Positions 9,651-19,884 of a DNA stretch of 28,836 bases are shown piece by piece. Every line of letters starts with the position of its first letter. Positions within the stretch are counted from its first letter, which is position 1. Origin of the DNA: Candidatus Zixiibacteriota bacterium (GTDB taxonomy: Bacteria > Zixibacteria > MSB-5A5 > GN15 > FEB-12). Below the pieces are notes generated by a model that was not told the DNA's origin, searched no databases, and worked only from the letters and a program-made list of their open reading frames with translations. The DNA lies in NCBI GenBank assembly GCA_041742355.1, contig JBGSIV010000225.1, positions 1-28,836 on the forward strand, in the 5' to 3' direction. Position numbers and translations under genes: made by a program.

Positions 9651-10496
9651 TTATCCTACCGACACGCGGTGTGATTCCCGGGGTGTCGGCCTGTGAACCT
9701 TGCGGTGGCGCTCCCGGAGCCAGAGGATGAGGAGAAATGCTCCGAGCACAATGACAGTGAGAACGCCGCCGATGACCATAACGTTCCGTGCAAAAACGAC
9801 GTAGCTGCCCGCGGCCGGGTCGTAGTGGAAGCAGTACAGGATGATCCGGTCGAGCGTGCTGCCGACCTTTCCCTCCGAGGCCTCCAGTAGGGCCAGCCGG
9901 ACATCGCGCGGGTTGTACTGGATCCCGTACAGGTAGCGGGTGATGACGCCATCCTCGCTCAGGATGTGGACCACCGCCGGATGGGCGTATTCGTCGCGAT
10001 CCTCGACATAGTAGTATTTGAATCCGAGGGCGTTGGCCAGCGCGGCGATTTCGGTCGAATCGCCGGTCAGAAAGGCCCAGCCCTCGGCCGATGCCGCCGG
10101 CCCGAGCGCCTCCAGATAGTTGGCCTTCTTGGCCGAAGCCAGCTCCGGGGTCTCGACCGGATCGATGCTGACATTGATGATCCGGTACTGCGAACCCATA
10201 GCCAGCCCGAGATCCGGGATCGCCGCGGTCAGGCCGTTGAAAACGAGATTGCAGAGCATCGGACACTCGTAGTATCCGAGGATCAGCGCCACCGGCTTGT
10301 CCTGTCCGAAGTACTCGCGGAGCGTGACCGAGCGCCCGTGGTCGTCGACGAAGGCCAGGTCGAGCGGAACCGTGTCGCCGAGGTGCTCCTCGACGTCGAT
10401 CCCTTCCAGTTCGGGCACGTGCTCCTGCACCACCTGGGCGGCCGCGCCGCCGACGAGGAGGGCGAGGAAAAGTATATGTCTCAGGACATGTTTCAT
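9651..10496 (-). CDS. SCO1/SenC family protein, copy 1 (ACIII/caa3-associated)
   Basis: Signal peptide MKHVLRHILFLALLVGGAAAQ; YYECPMLC; SIDP.ET; YAHPA; YCFHYDP and a C-terminal TM. Confidence 0.93.
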   Translation of the reverse strand: MKHVLRHILFLALLVGGAAAQVVQEHVPELEGIDVEEHLGDTVPLDLAFVDDHGRSVTLREYFGQDKPVALILGYYECPMLCNLVFNGLTAAIPDLGLAMGSQYRIINVSIDPVETPELASAKKANYLEALGPAASAEGWAFLTGDSTEIAALANALGFKYYYVEDRDEYAHPAVVHILSEDGVITRYLYGIQYNPRDVRLALLEASEGKVGSTLDRIILYCFHYDPAAGSYVVFARNVMVIGGVLTVIVLGAFLLILWLRERHRKVHRPTPRESHRVSVG

Positions 10497-10590
10497 GGCA
10501 GTACTGATGCGTAACAGTAAAGTACCTTTAAATGATCCAAACAATCTACGATTAAAGCGGTCGTCAGCCCGGCCGGATGAGGGGCTGGTG

Positions 10591-10935
10591 TCAGCGAACG
10601 GTTTCCTGGAAGGCTTCGCCGGCCATCAATTCCATGGCCCGCTGGACCGGGATGCAGTAGGTGCCCGCGGCAGTATCGACCACGCCGTAGGACTGGAGCT
10701 GTTCCGTTTCGCGCGCCCGCAGGTCGCGCAACACCGGAGAGTCGGGCGCCAGCTGCTGCTCGTACGTGATTTCCTCGGTCACCGAGATGAAGTACTCGTT
10801 GAGCACCACGGCAAAGGCAACGACGAGAAGCGTCAGGAGGAGACCGACGACGAGCGACTTGGAAACGCTGACGTCGCTCTTCTCGTAGCCTGCCGCCTCG
10901 TGCCCGGTGTTCTGTGCTTTTGGTGTATCAGCCAT
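10591..10935 (-). CDS. actG: alternative complex III small subunit, ActG-like
   Basis: YEKSDV plus one TM plus L.SYGVVD..AG...IPVQRAMELM, matching the ActG-like pattern; directly after actF. Confidence 0.75.
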   Translation of the reverse strand: MADTPKAQNTGHEAAGYEKSDVSVSKSLVVGLLLTLLVVAFAVVLNEYFISVTEEITYEQQLAPDSPVLRDLRARETEQLQSYGVVDTAAGTYCIPVQRAMELMAGEAFQETVR

Positions 10936-10944
10936 GCCTGTACT

Positions 10945-12126
10945 CTAGTTCGTGAACTGAATGGAGCGCTCCAGCCCCGGGTCGCCAACCGGCACCAGCG
11001 GGCGGGCGACCTGCCGCCGCCAGAAGTACCACAGGAAGATGCCGCCGATCCCGGCCATGGTCGTCACATCCATCCAGGAGAAGTGCGGGCCGTGGTGGTA
11101 GAGGTTCGGGAAGACCACCCAGTGCAGGTCCACCCAGTGCATCGCCAGGATCCAGAGGCTCACGACCGTCAGGCCCGTCACGTTGCGCTTGGTGGCGCGG
11201 AAGATCAGGGCGAGGAACGGAATCGCGAAGTGGCCGAAGATGATCACGAAGCTCATGCCTCTCCAGCCGCCCTCCCAGCGTTCGAGGAACCAGACGGTCT
11301 CTTCGGGGATGTTGGCGTACCAGATGAGGAAGTACTGCGAGAACGCCATGTACCCCCAGAAAATGACAAAGGCGAACATCAGCTTGCCGGTATCGTGGTA
11401 GTGTTCGACAGTGATGATGTCCTTCAGGTGGCCCTGGCGGCGCTGGTAGGCAGCGGCCACCACAAAGAAGGCCAACCCGCTCAGAAAGGCGCCCGCATAG
11501 ACGTAGGCGCCGAAAATGGTCGAGTACCAGTGCGGGTCGAGCGACATGAGCCAGTCGAACGCGGCAAAGGTCGTGGTCAGCGCAAACAGCAGCATGCCGG
11601 GGGCGCTGACCTTGCGCATTTTGAATCGGTAGTCTTCCGTGCCGCCCTTATCCTGCTGATTCGAAACCTTGTTCAACTGCCAGGTAAGCAGAAACCAGAC
11701 CACGAAGTAGAAGACCATGCGGATCACAAAAAAAGTCGGGTTCAGGTACGGGGCCTTGCTTTGCAGAATCGGGTCTGCCGCCACTGCTTCAGCGTGGCTC
11801 CAGTGGTACAGGTCGTGGAGTCCGAACAGGAGGGGCAGAGCGAAAACCGCCATGAGCGGCAGGGCGCTCATCACGTTTTCCGACAGGCGCCGCATGACCA
11901 CGCTCCACCTGGCGTTGGTCAGGTGGTGGAGCATCGTGAAGAAGAGCGCACCCAGACCGATCGTCACCCAGTACACAAACGACACCAAGTACGAGTGGAA
12001 GAAGTGGCCGGGGTCGGTGAAATACCCGATGCCGCTCAGAATGATGCCGACCAGACCGATCCCCAACGGCAGATAGGCCGAGCGGGGGCTGTCGGGCAGG
12101 CGAAAGCTATGTGAGTCGTTCGTCAT
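10945..12126 (-). CDS. actF: alternative complex III subunit ActF
   Basis: NrfD-like polytopic protein with DWLMSLDPHWYSTIFG and FWGYMAFSQYFLIWYANIPEE. Start is ATG 12126; the ORF-track extension overlaps actE. Confidence 0.93.
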   Translation of the reverse strand: MTNDSHSFRLPDSPRSAYLPLGIGLVGIILSGIGYFTDPGHFFHSYLVSFVYWVTIGLGALFFTMLHHLTNARWSVVMRRLSENVMSALPLMAVFALPLLFGLHDLYHWSHAEAVAADPILQSKAPYLNPTFFVIRMVFYFVVWFLLTWQLNKVSNQQDKGGTEDYRFKMRKVSAPGMLLFALTTTFAAFDWLMSLDPHWYSTIFGAYVYAGAFLSGLAFFVVAAAYQRRQGHLKDIITVEHYHDTGKLMFAFVIFWGYMAFSQYFLIWYANIPEETVWFLERWEGGWRGMSFVIIFGHFAIPFLALIFRATKRNVTGLTVVSLWILAMHWVDLHWVVFPNLYHHGPHFSWMDVTTMAGIGGIFLWYFWRRQVARPLVPVGDPGLERSIQFTN

Positions 12127-12139
12127 AATCGTGACTATC

Positions 12140-12775
12140 CTACGGCTTGAGCTCGCGGAGTACCTCGGCCGGGACATCGCCCGCGGCCGCGTTGCGGCTG
12201 CGCTGGAGCGCCCGGAAATAGGCCACAATGGCCCAGCGATCATCCACAGAAATCTGGTGGGCATACGACGGCATGTTGCGAACTCCGCGGGTGATGACAT
12301 CAAAGATGTGGCCGTCGGGAACCGTCCGCAGGCGTTCGTCGTGAAAGGTCGGCGGTGGCAAGTACCCGCGCTTCACCACAATCCCCTGACCATCGCCGAC
12401 GCGGCTGTGGCAGGGAGAGCAATAAATGTTGAATCGCTCCTGGCCGCGCTGCAACAGGGGCATGGTCACCTGGACCGGAATCTTCGCCACCAACTGACCA
12501 TCGGCTGTCCGTCCGAACGCATACTCGGATTCGGCCCCGGGCCAGCCGGCGGGCAGGGTACCGGAGGGAGGAACCCGCATCGCGGCGCCGTTGGCAAAGA
12601 AGTCGCTGCTCTCCATCGGCTCGTACTTGGGCTGATGATCCATGTCCTTGACCGTATGAATCGGCGGCTTGGTCGACGGACGGCCACGGTAGCAGCCGGA
12701 CAGGATCAGGATTCCGCAGAGAGCGACCGGCACCAGGCCGAGAACGAGGGTTCTGCTTTTCATACCGTGCAACAT
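12140..12775 (-). CDS. actE: alternative complex III monoheme cytochrome c lipoprotein ActE
   Basis: Lipobox LILSGC; DMDHQPKY; RGQERFNIYCSPCH; MPSY; DRWAIVAY. Confidence 0.93.
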   Translation of the reverse strand: MLHGMKSRTLVLGLVPVALCGILILSGCYRGRPSTKPPIHTVKDMDHQPKYEPMESSDFFANGAAMRVPPSGTLPAGWPGAESEYAFGRTADGQLVAKIPVQVTMPLLQRGQERFNIYCSPCHSRVGDGQGIVVKRGYLPPPTFHDERLRTVPDGHIFDVITRGVRNMPSYAHQISVDDRWAIVAYFRALQRSRNAAAGDVPAEVLRELKP

Positions 12776-13324
12776 TTACGCCTCACCCCGGACAATCTCC
12801 ACCGAAGTGGCGCCGATCGACTCGAGGAATTTGGCGGTTTCGTCGTGTTTGAACCTAGGGTCGCTCGCCTCGATGCTGATGAACATTCCGCCGTTGGTGA
12901 CCTTCTCGAATTCCTTTGAGGCGAACAGCGGGTGGAACAACCGCGGCAATTTGTTCAGAGCCAGCATGCCGAAGAAGGCGGCCAGCGCGGCGGAGAGAAT
13001 CGTGATAGCGAACATGGGGGGCACGAAGGCCTGGAAGCTGTAGTAGGGCTTGCCGGAGATGACCAACGGGTAGTCGTACACGTTAATCCAGTAGAGAAAC
13101 AGCGCGAAGAGCGTCAGACCGGTCGTGCCGGCAATACCGACAATGAAGCCGAGCGGGGATCGCCCGAGGCCCATCGCCCGGTCCATGCCGTGCACGGGAA
13201 ACGGCGAGTGGACATCCCAGTTGCGGAAACCTTCGCCGTGCATCTTTTCGGCAGCATGGAGCAAGTCGCCGGTGCTCCTGAACTCCGCCAAAACGCCGTA
13301 GATTTTGCGTTCGCCCTCAGCCAT
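12776..13324 (-). CDS. actD: alternative complex III subunit ActD (DUF3341)
   Basis: [12 protein letters not shown] and YPLVISGKP motifs; two TMs. Confidence 0.93.
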   Translation of the reverse strand: MAEGERKIYGVLAEFRSTGDLLHAAEKMHGEGFRNWDVHSPFPVHGMDRAMGLGRSPLGFIVGIAGTTGLTLFALFLYWINVYDYPLVISGKPYYSFQAFVPPMFAITILSAALAAFFGMLALNKLPRLFHPLFASKEFEKVTNGGMFISIEASDPRFKHDETAKFLESIGATSVEIVRGEA

Positions 13325-14747
13325 GGATCTGCTCCGTGTGGTGGTGCGGGTCGGCCTGCGGCAGAATGGCCTTCACTTCGGACATGGCCACCATCGGCAG
13401 GAACCTCAGGAAAAGCAGGAAGAGCGAGAAGAACAACCCGAACGAACCGACCAGCAAGGCAATGTCGTGAATGGTCGGGCTGTAGTAGTCCCAGCTCGAT
13501 GGCAGGAAATCGCGCGAGAGGGACATGGTAATGACGAACCGCTCGAACCACATGCCGATGTTGATGACGATCGAGGCCACGAACATCACGGGAATGGTCG
13601 TGCGCAGCTTCTTGGACCAGAACAGCTGCGGGGCGATCACGTTGCACGAGATCATAATCCAGTAGGCCCAGGCATAGGGCCCGAACGCCCGGTTGATGAA
13701 CGTGAACTGCTCGTACTGGTTGCCCGAATACCAGGCGATGAAGAACTCCATGCCGTAAGCGTAGCCAACCATGGTGCCGGTCACGAGCATGATGATGTTC
13801 ATCCGTTCGAGCACCTTCATGGTGATGATGTGCTCGAGCTTGTACACGCTGCGGGCGATAATCGACAGGGTCATAACCATAGCGAAGCCGGAGAAGATAG
13901 CGCCGGCTACAAAGTAGGGCGGGAAAATCGTGGTGTGCCAGCCGGGGACCAGCGAGGTGGCAAAGTCAGTCGACACGATCGAGTGCACTGAGAGCACTAG
14001 CGGTGTCGAGATCCCGGCGAGCACGAGGTACGCCAGCTCATAGTGGCGCCACTGGCGGTTGCTGCCGCGCCAGCCGAGCGAGAACAAGCCGTAGAGCATC
14101 TTGCGGATCTTGCCGGTCGCCCGGTCGCGCAGAGTCGCCAGGTCAGGTACGAGGCCCACATACCAAAACAGCAGGGAGCAGAGGAAATAGGTACCGACCG
14201 CGAAAGCATCCCAGACGAGACCGCTGCGGAAATTGGGCCACATATCCATTTGGTTGGGAATCGGCATGGTCCAGTAGATGAACCAGACGCGGCCGACGTG
14301 GATGGTCGGGAACATCAGCGCGCAGATGACGGCGAAAATCGTCATGGCTTCGGCGAAGCGGTTGATCGAGGTCCGCCAACGCTGGCGCAGCAGGAAGAGA
14401 ATGGCGGAAATGAGCGTGCCCGCGTGGCCGATACCGACCCAAAAGACGAAGTTGACGATGGCGAAGCCCCAGGCCACAGGGATCTGCAGTCCCCAGATGC
14501 CGGTCCCTTCGTAGAAGAGGTACCCGATCTCGGCGAAGAACAACCCGGCCAGCGAGACTGCGGTCAGGAAGAGCGCCCACCACGCTTTGGGCGTCTGCTT
14601 CTGCTCGGGAATACCGGCGACCGATTCGGTAATCGACTCGTAGGTCGGATTCCCGGGGATGAGATTATCCTCGTCGACGACGAGGGAGTTGACCGGCCGG
14701 CCGTTCTTCATCGCGTCTGTATCCTGTTCGGGCATCTGCTTAGCCAT
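13317..14747 (-). CDS. actC: alternative complex III quinol-binding subunit ActC (NrfD/PsrC family)
   Basis: [54 protein letters not shown] and [23 protein letters not shown]. Confidence 0.96.
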   Translation of the reverse strand: MAKQMPEQDTDAMKNGRPVNSLVVDEDNLIPGNPTYESITESVAGIPEQKQTPKAWWALFLTAVSLAGLFFAEIGYLFYEGTGIWGLQIPVAWGFAIVNFVFWVGIGHAGTLISAILFLLRQRWRTSINRFAEAMTIFAVICALMFPTIHVGRVWFIYWTMPIPNQMDMWPNFRSGLVWDAFAVGTYFLCSLLFWYVGLVPDLATLRDRATGKIRKMLYGLFSLGWRGSNRQWRHYELAYLVLAGISTPLVLSVHSIVSTDFATSLVPGWHTTIFPPYFVAGAIFSGFAMVMTLSIIARSVYKLEHIITMKVLERMNIIMLVTGTMVGYAYGMEFFIAWYSGNQYEQFTFINRAFGPYAWAYWIMISCNVIAPQLFWSKKLRTTIPVMFVASIVINIGMWFERFVITMSLSRDFLPSSWDYYSPTIHDIALLVGSFGLFFSLFLLFLRFLPMVAMSEVKAILPQADPHHHTEQIHG

Positions 14748-14751
14748 AGGT

Positions 14752-17700
14752 TCAAGCTTTCATCTCCGGATTGGGATTGCGGATGCTCGCGAGGTAGGTC
14801 GTGCGCGGCTGCGTGTTCAACTCGCCCAGGAGCGAGTATGTCCGGTTGATCCGTTTCACCCGGGCGACCCGGCTTTCGGAATCGTTGATGTTGCCAAAGA
14901 CGATCGCCTCGGCCGGACAGGCCTGTGCGCACGCGGGCGTCACTTCGCCGTCGCGGATCGATCGATTCTCGAGCTTCGCCACCTGCTTGCCGCGGTTGAT
15001 GCGCTGCACGCAGTACGTGCACTTCTCCATGACGCCGCGCGAACGCACCGTCACTTCCGGATTCTGCACCATCTTGATCGTTTCCGGATATTCGTCCGTA
15101 TAGTTGAAGAAATTGAACCGTCGGACTTTGTAGGGGCAGTTGTTCGAACAGTAGCGCGTTCCGATGCACCGGTTGTAGACCATGACATTGAGTCCCTCGG
15201 TGTCGTGCACGGTCGCTGCGACCGGACAGACCTGTTCGCACGGCGCGTTCTCGCAGTGCTGGCAGGGCATCGGCTGGTGCTCCATGCCCGGGTCTTCGAC
15301 GTCGCCGGTGAAATACCGATCGACGCGGATCCAGTGCATTTCGCGCCCCTTGCGCACCTGCTCTTTGCCGACAATCGGGATGTTGTTTTCGGCCTGGCAC
15401 GCCACCGTGCACGCCTGGCAACCGGTGCAGGTCGTCAGGTCGATCGACATGCCCCACTGGTATCCGGTGGAGTAGTCGGGTTCTTTCCACGAGGACGGAT
15501 ATTCGCGCACAAGGTCGCGCTCTTTAGCCTTTTCGCTTTCGGCCATGAATTCGGGAATGACCGACGCGCCAGTGATGAAGTCGGGATTTTCGCGGTACTC
15601 GTCGAGCGACGCCATGAGAATGATCGGGCGTCCCTCCATCGAGCCGTGGTCCTGTGTGGTCGCCAGTTCGTACCGCCGGCCGGTATTTGACACGGTGGCA
15701 CTACCCGCCCGGTACATGTTCTGCGAGTCGCGCAGGCGGTACGTGTCGACTCCGACGCCATTGCCGACGCGGCCGGCCTTCTCTCTGCCGTAGCCGAAGG
15801 ATAGACCCACGGCATTGTCCATTTGGCCGGGCACGATCCAGGCGGCTATACTCAACTCCCGACCCTGAAGCTGGATCGAAACGATATCTTCATTCTGCAC
15901 ACCCAGTTCGCGGGCGGTCTTCGGGCTGAAGGTTGCAACATTGTCCCACGACAACTTCGTGATCGGGTCGGGCAGTTCGTGGAGCCAGCCATTGTTGGCA
16001 CGGGTGCCGTCGCCGGTGGTGTAGCACGGATGGAACACCACCTCAAGGTTCGTGGTCGCCGTCGGGCGGAGGCTCCAACCATGGGACGCCATCGCCTGCG
16101 CGATACCGACTTGCGCGGCATTGACTGGAATCGACGGCAGCGCGCTGTCGGAGAGGATGCCATTAAGCAACGCCGTCTGCCAGCCCACCTCGAAGTTCCC
16201 CGTGACTAATCCGGCCCAGGTCTCGCGGACCAGATCGTAGCCGCGGGCACTCTCGCCGCTCGCCAGCAACGCCGTCAGCTCCACCTCGCTGACACTCTGG
16301 TACAACGGCTCGATGAGCGGCTGAATGACACTCAACGTGCCATCGAGCGAACGTGCATCCCCCCACATCTCGAGGTAGTGCGAGCGGGGAATGTGCCACA
16401 CGGTCGCCGCCGAGGTCTCATCGACTCGCGAACTGAGATGTACGCTGGTCGCAACTTTCGATAGTGCGGCGGCGAAATTGAGATCCGCCGGAGCGTTGTA
16501 CACCGGGTTACCACCGATCATGACGAGCGCCGAGACCTTGCCGGCGGCCATATCCGCTGTCAGCTTTGTCAGGCCGGACGTGCTCGGATAGGCGGCATCG
16601 CGGTTGTCGACATAGGTGATGGTGCGGTCGAGATTGCCGAGCGCACCATTAATAGCCATTACCAGTGCGTGTACGGCTGCCGGCTGACCGCTGCCCGCCA
16701 CGATGAGGCTTTCGCCCCTCGCGCGCAGCAGATCTTTCGCCAGCGGCGCGAGCCATTCGGCGGCTCTGCCGGTCATCGTCGGGACAGTCAGGCCGTTCAG
16801 CCCTTCAATCGCCAATCCCTGTCTCTGCAGCTCCCCCGCTACCGCGAGCGCAAACGCACCGACATCGCTCGAGTTGATCCGCAGGCGATGGTCGGCATTC
16901 GCGCCGGTCAACGTGTACAGCGATTCGACCACGTACAGCCGGTTCATCTGGTCCTTTTCGGACTCGATCCGGCGCCCTGATGTGAATCCCAGCGTGGCGG
17001 TAACCGCTTCCGGTTCGGTCAGGAGGAAATCTGATTCAAGCGAGAGTACCACTTTGGCGCGATCATAGTGGAAGACCGGCTGGTGAACCCGGCCGAGGAC
17101 CGCGCGGATAGCCTCGTAGCGATTCTCATCGGAAATCGGATCCCAGGCCACCCAGCGTGCGTTCGGGAACCGCGCTTCAAACGCGCGTCGCAGGCGCATC
17201 ATTGTCGGTGACGAGAACGTCTCCGACAACACCGCGAGCCCTTCGCCCCCGGTCGCCTGAAACGCGACGAACTGCTCGCGCCAGAACGAGACAAAGGCCG
17301 TCCAGTCGCTTCGCACACCGCCGCGCGAGGGAACAGTCGAGCGGTCGGGGTCATAGAGATCGAGCACGGAGGCCTGAATCCGTGCGTCGGTGCGGCCGCG
17401 GTTGGCCGGATGCTTCAGATTGCCTTCAATTTTCGTCGGCCGCCCTTCATGCGACTCGACCAGCAATCCGCAGGCATGGAGACCCATCGGAATTGCCGTT
17501 GCGTACTTGAGCGGATTGCCCGGGACCATGTCTTCCGGCTTCTTGACATAGGGGACGATGTGCTCTTCCGGTCGGCGGCAGCCGGACAGCCCGGCCAGCG
17601 CGAGCGATGCCCCCATGAGGGTCAGGAAGCTTCGCCGGCTCCAGGCGTTATTCCACTCCGAGGCCCCCTGGGGGAATTCGCGGTGCAGCCAATCCTCGAA

Positions 17701-17781
17701 CTCCGGAGTTCCGGCGAGTTCATCGAGACTGCGCCAATACTGCTTGCCGGTCAGGGTATGGCCCTTCTTTATCGGTGACAT
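14752..17781 (-). CDS. actB: alternative complex III subunit ActB (Tat lipoprotein; molybdopterin-oxidoreductase-like plus Fe-S domain)
   Basis: YWRSL leader; Tat motif SRRSFL; lipobox LSGC; REGRP-like [11 protein letters not shown]; Fe-S motifs [37 protein letters not shown] and CTYC...PACAQACP. Start is ATG 17781. Confidence 0.96.
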   Translation of the reverse strand: MSPIKKGHTLTGKQYWRSLDELAGTPEFEDWLHREFPQGASEWNNAWSRRSFLTLMGASLALAGLSGCRRPEEHIVPYVKKPEDMVPGNPLKYATAIPMGLHACGLLVESHEGRPTKIEGNLKHPANRGRTDARIQASVLDLYDPDRSTVPSRGGVRSDWTAFVSFWREQFVAFQATGGEGLAVLSETFSSPTMMRLRRAFEARFPNARWVAWDPISDENRYEAIRAVLGRVHQPVFHYDRAKVVLSLESDFLLTEPEAVTATLGFTSGRRIESEKDQMNRLYVVESLYTLTGANADHRLRINSSDVGAFALAVAGELQRQGLAIEGLNGLTVPTMTGRAAEWLAPLAKDLLRARGESLIVAGSGQPAAVHALVMAINGALGNLDRTITYVDNRDAAYPSTSGLTKLTADMAAGKVSALVMIGGNPVYNAPADLNFAAALSKVATSVHLSSRVDETSAATVWHIPRSHYLEMWGDARSLDGTLSVIQPLIEPLYQSVSEVELTALLASGESARGYDLVRETWAGLVTGNFEVGWQTALLNGILSDSALPSIPVNAAQVGIAQAMASHGWSLRPTATTNLEVVFHPCYTTGDGTRANNGWLHELPDPITKLSWDNVATFSPKTARELGVQNEDIVSIQLQGRELSIAAWIVPGQMDNAVGLSFGYGREKAGRVGNGVGVDTYRLRDSQNMYRAGSATVSNTGRRYELATTQDHGSMEGRPIILMASLDEYRENPDFITGASVIPEFMAESEKAKERDLVREYPSSWKEPDYSTGYQWGMSIDLTTCTGCQACTVACQAENNIPIVGKEQVRKGREMHWIRVDRYFTGDVEDPGMEHQPMPCQHCENAPCEQVCPVAATVHDTEGLNVMVYNRCIGTRYCSNNCPYKVRRFNFFNYTDEYPETIKMVQNPEVTVRSRGVMEKCTYCVQRINRGKQVAKLENRSIRDGEVTPACAQACPAEAIVFGNINDSESRVARVKRINRTYSLLGELNTQPRTTYLASIRNPNPEMKA

Positions 17782-18416
17782 GCTGAACAATCCTCTGGGG
17801 GCCGTATGTTGTGTTCCTGCATAAAACGCGCCGCCCACTCGGCGTGGTCGGCCGGGGGTTGCCAGGCCATGTTGGTCACCTGGTCAACGGGCCGGAGATT
17901 CGGGGCCGGGTCGCGGTGGCAGGTCAAGCACCACCCCATATTGAGCGGTTCGACCTGCGAGACAATCTCCATCTGGGCCACATTGCCGTGGCAGCTGATA
18001 CATCCCACCCCGCTCTGGATATGGCGTGAGTGATCGAAATAGGCGTAGTCGGGAAGGTTGTGGACCCGGACCCATTCGATCGGGTCACCCGTCGCCCAAC
18101 TCTCCCGCACCGGCAGGAGCTTCTGGCTCTCCGGCAGAATAAGCTGGTGGCAGTTCATGCAGGTCTGCGTGGGCGGCACCGTCGCGAAACGCGACTTCTC
18201 CACCGCCGTGTGGCAGTAGCGGCAGTCCATGCCGAGATCACCGGCGTGAAGCTTGTGGGAGTAGGCAACGGGCTGAATCGGCCGGTAGCCGACTTCCAGG
18301 TAGCGGGGCGAACCGTAGTACCACAGCAACAGCACAACGGTCGTGCCGATCACAAGGACGCCCAGCGCGAGGTAAAGCGGGAGGCGATTAGTCCATTTCG
18401 GAAATATCTGAGCCAA
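17769..18416 (-). CDS. actA: alternative complex III pentaheme cytochrome c ActA
   Basis: One N-terminal TM and five CxxCH motifs (CRYCH, CMNCH, CISCH, CLTCH, CSACH); QPVAYSHKLHAG and YFDHSRH. TTG start. Confidence 0.96.
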   Translation of the reverse strand: MAQIFPKWTNRLPLYLALGVLVIGTTVVLLLWYYGSPRYLEVGYRPIQPVAYSHKLHAGDLGMDCRYCHTAVEKSRFATVPPTQTCMNCHQLILPESQKLLPVRESWATGDPIEWVRVHNLPDYAYFDHSRHIQSGVGCISCHGNVAQMEIVSQVEPLNMGWCLTCHRDPAPNLRPVDQVTNMAWQPPADHAEWAARFMQEHNIRPPEDCSACHR

Positions 18417-18486
18417 GCAAACTTCTCAATCTACTGCGGCGGATCCGCCCGGTTGAATCCACGAGTACCTGTCTACACAGTTCGCA

Positions 18487-18515
18487 AGCATACGCCGGAC
18501 AACGCGCAAAGTCAA
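18487..18515 (-). promoter_or_regulatory. sigma70-like promoter of the act-cox operon
   Basis: TTGACT (18510-18515), 17-nt spacer, TATGCT (18487-18492), about 70 nt upstream of actA. Confidence 0.7.
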
Positions 18516-18780
18516 CAGAAAACAGCGGTATCGAAGAACAAAACAGTCCATTTAAGCCGCTTTGAACCGAAGCGGTAACGATCGCGCTCCGCTGCTCTGA
18601 TCCTGGTGTTGATGTCCGGCGCACAGAACCTCGCACCTGCCGAACCGCTTGAAGAACCGAACCACATCCCGCAACGCGATCTTGTACTCGCGAAGCAGGC
18701 TGCTGTCAGGCGTCTTAGCTATTGTAAATATAGAGCAAATGCTCCGCAAGCAAAAAAGCGCTGGGGTGCCCGGCACAATC

Positions 18781-19653
18781 CTACCACCACCGCTGCAGCA
18801 GGCCGTCGACCATCATCGCCGAGAACAGAGCGAAAAGATAGACGATGGAGTAGCCGAACATCGCGCGGTAGCGCGAAGTGGTCTGCTCCCGGCGAAGCCG
18901 CGCCGCCTGGCGCATGAACTGGCCGCCGAGCAACGCCGCCACGACAAAGTAGAACCAGCCGGCCTTGAACGCAATGAGCGCCAGGCTCACGGCGACAACG
19001 ACAACGGTATAGATAAAGATCTGGTCGATCGTGCGACGGTCTCCTTTGACCACCGGCATCATCGGCAGGTCGACCCGCTCGTAGTCCTCCTTGCAGTACA
19101 ACGCCAGCGCCCAGAAATGGGGGGGCGTCCAGAAGAACACGACCGCGAACATGATCCACGGCTCCCAGGCCATTGTCCCGGTCGCAGCTGCCCACGCCCC
19201 CACTGGAGCCATTGCCCCCGCTACACCGCCAATGACGATGTTTTGCGGCGTGGTGGGTTTCAGGTAGAGCGTATAGAAGAGGCTGTAGAAAAGAATCGTT
19301 CCCAACGCCAGGGCGGCGGTCAGGAAATTGAAGAACGCGGCGAAGAGCGCCACGCCGAGCACGCCGATGGTGACCGAGAAGACGAGCGCCCCCGTCGGGC
19401 TGATCTGCCCCATTGGGAGCGGGCGCCGCCCGCTCGTGCGCGTCATGCGGGCATCGATCTCCCGCTCGAAATACTGGTTGAGCGCGTTGGCCGACCCGCC
19501 CGACAGAAACAGCCCAAGCAACACCAGAAGGAATCTCACCGGCTGGTCCAACAGGCTTCCCTCGAGCACCAGGGCCGCCGAGCCGGTGAACACCACCAGA
19601 AACATAATCGACGGTTTGGTGAGCTGGAGGTAATATCGGAGCGTTTCAATCAT
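18781..19653 (-). CDS. ctaB: protoheme IX farnesyltransferase (heme O synthase)
   Basis: LTKP, NQYFEREIDARMTRTSGRRPLP, YTLYLKP.TPQNIVIGG and WTPPHFWALAL...DY...PM. Start is ATG 19653. Confidence 0.96.
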   Translation of the reverse strand: MIETLRYYLQLTKPSIMFLVVFTGSAALVLEGSLLDQPVRFLLVLLGLFLSGGSANALNQYFEREIDARMTRTSGRRPLPMGQISPTGALVFSVTIGVLGVALFAAFFNFLTAALALGTILFYSLFYTLYLKPTTPQNIVIGGVAGAMAPVGAWAAATGTMAWEPWIMFAVVFFWTPPHFWALALYCKEDYERVDLPMMPVVKGDRRTIDQIFIYTVVVVAVSLALIAFKAGWFYFVVAALLGGQFMRQAARLRREQTTSRYRAMFGYSIVYLFALFSAMMVDGLLQRWW

Positions 19654-19781
19654 AGTGTCTTTCCCGGGTGGCGGCAGGCCCTGCCTGTCGTCGGTCACCT
19701 GCAACCGCCGGCCGGTGAAAAGGTTCCTCACAAATCCTGCACTTCTTGGTGCAGCATGCCATAAGTCGAGAAAACATGTCC

Positions 19782-19810
19782 ATGTTACCGCAATCCTCCC
19801 CGCTTGTCAA
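19782..19810 (-). promoter_or_regulatory. sigma70-like promoter for ctaB
   Basis: TTGACA (19805-19810), 17-nt spacer, TAACAT (19782-19787). Confidence 0.65.
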
Positions 19811-19829
19811 CACCTCCGGCACCGATTCA

Positions 19830-19858
19830 TTGACTTTCTCTGGCAGGTGGGCTACCTT
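19830..19858 (+). promoter_or_regulatory. sigma70-like promoter for the DUF5686-type gene
   Basis: TTGACT (19830-19835), 17-nt spacer, TACCTT (19853-19858). GGAGAG RBS and ATG 19885 follow. Confidence 0.55.
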
Positions 19859-19884
19859 CCACCAACCTTTTGGAGAGAACGACA

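Noticed and set aside
8992..10266. 424-aa same-strand alternative-frame ORF over SCO and ctaC
   Set aside because: Arg/Pro/Gly-rich off-frame translation of real genes.
10297..12114. 605-aa plus-strand ORF, and similar long ORFs at 7117-8187, 14659-15690, 18649-19764, 20365-21294 and 24512-25459
   Set aside because: Antisense shadows of well-supported genes in GC-rich DNA; no recognisable motifs.
14752..17781. Catalytic molybdoenzyme (polysulfide or tetrathionate reductase-like)
   Set aside because: Context (pentaheme ActA, ActC-F) and the fused Fe-S domain identify ActB, which is known to lack a Mo cofactor.
19715..19733. Rex/CRP-like site (TTGTGA...TTCAC) in the ctaB leader
   Set aside because: Spacing fits neither TGTGA-N6-TCACA nor TTGTGAA-N4-TTCACAA.
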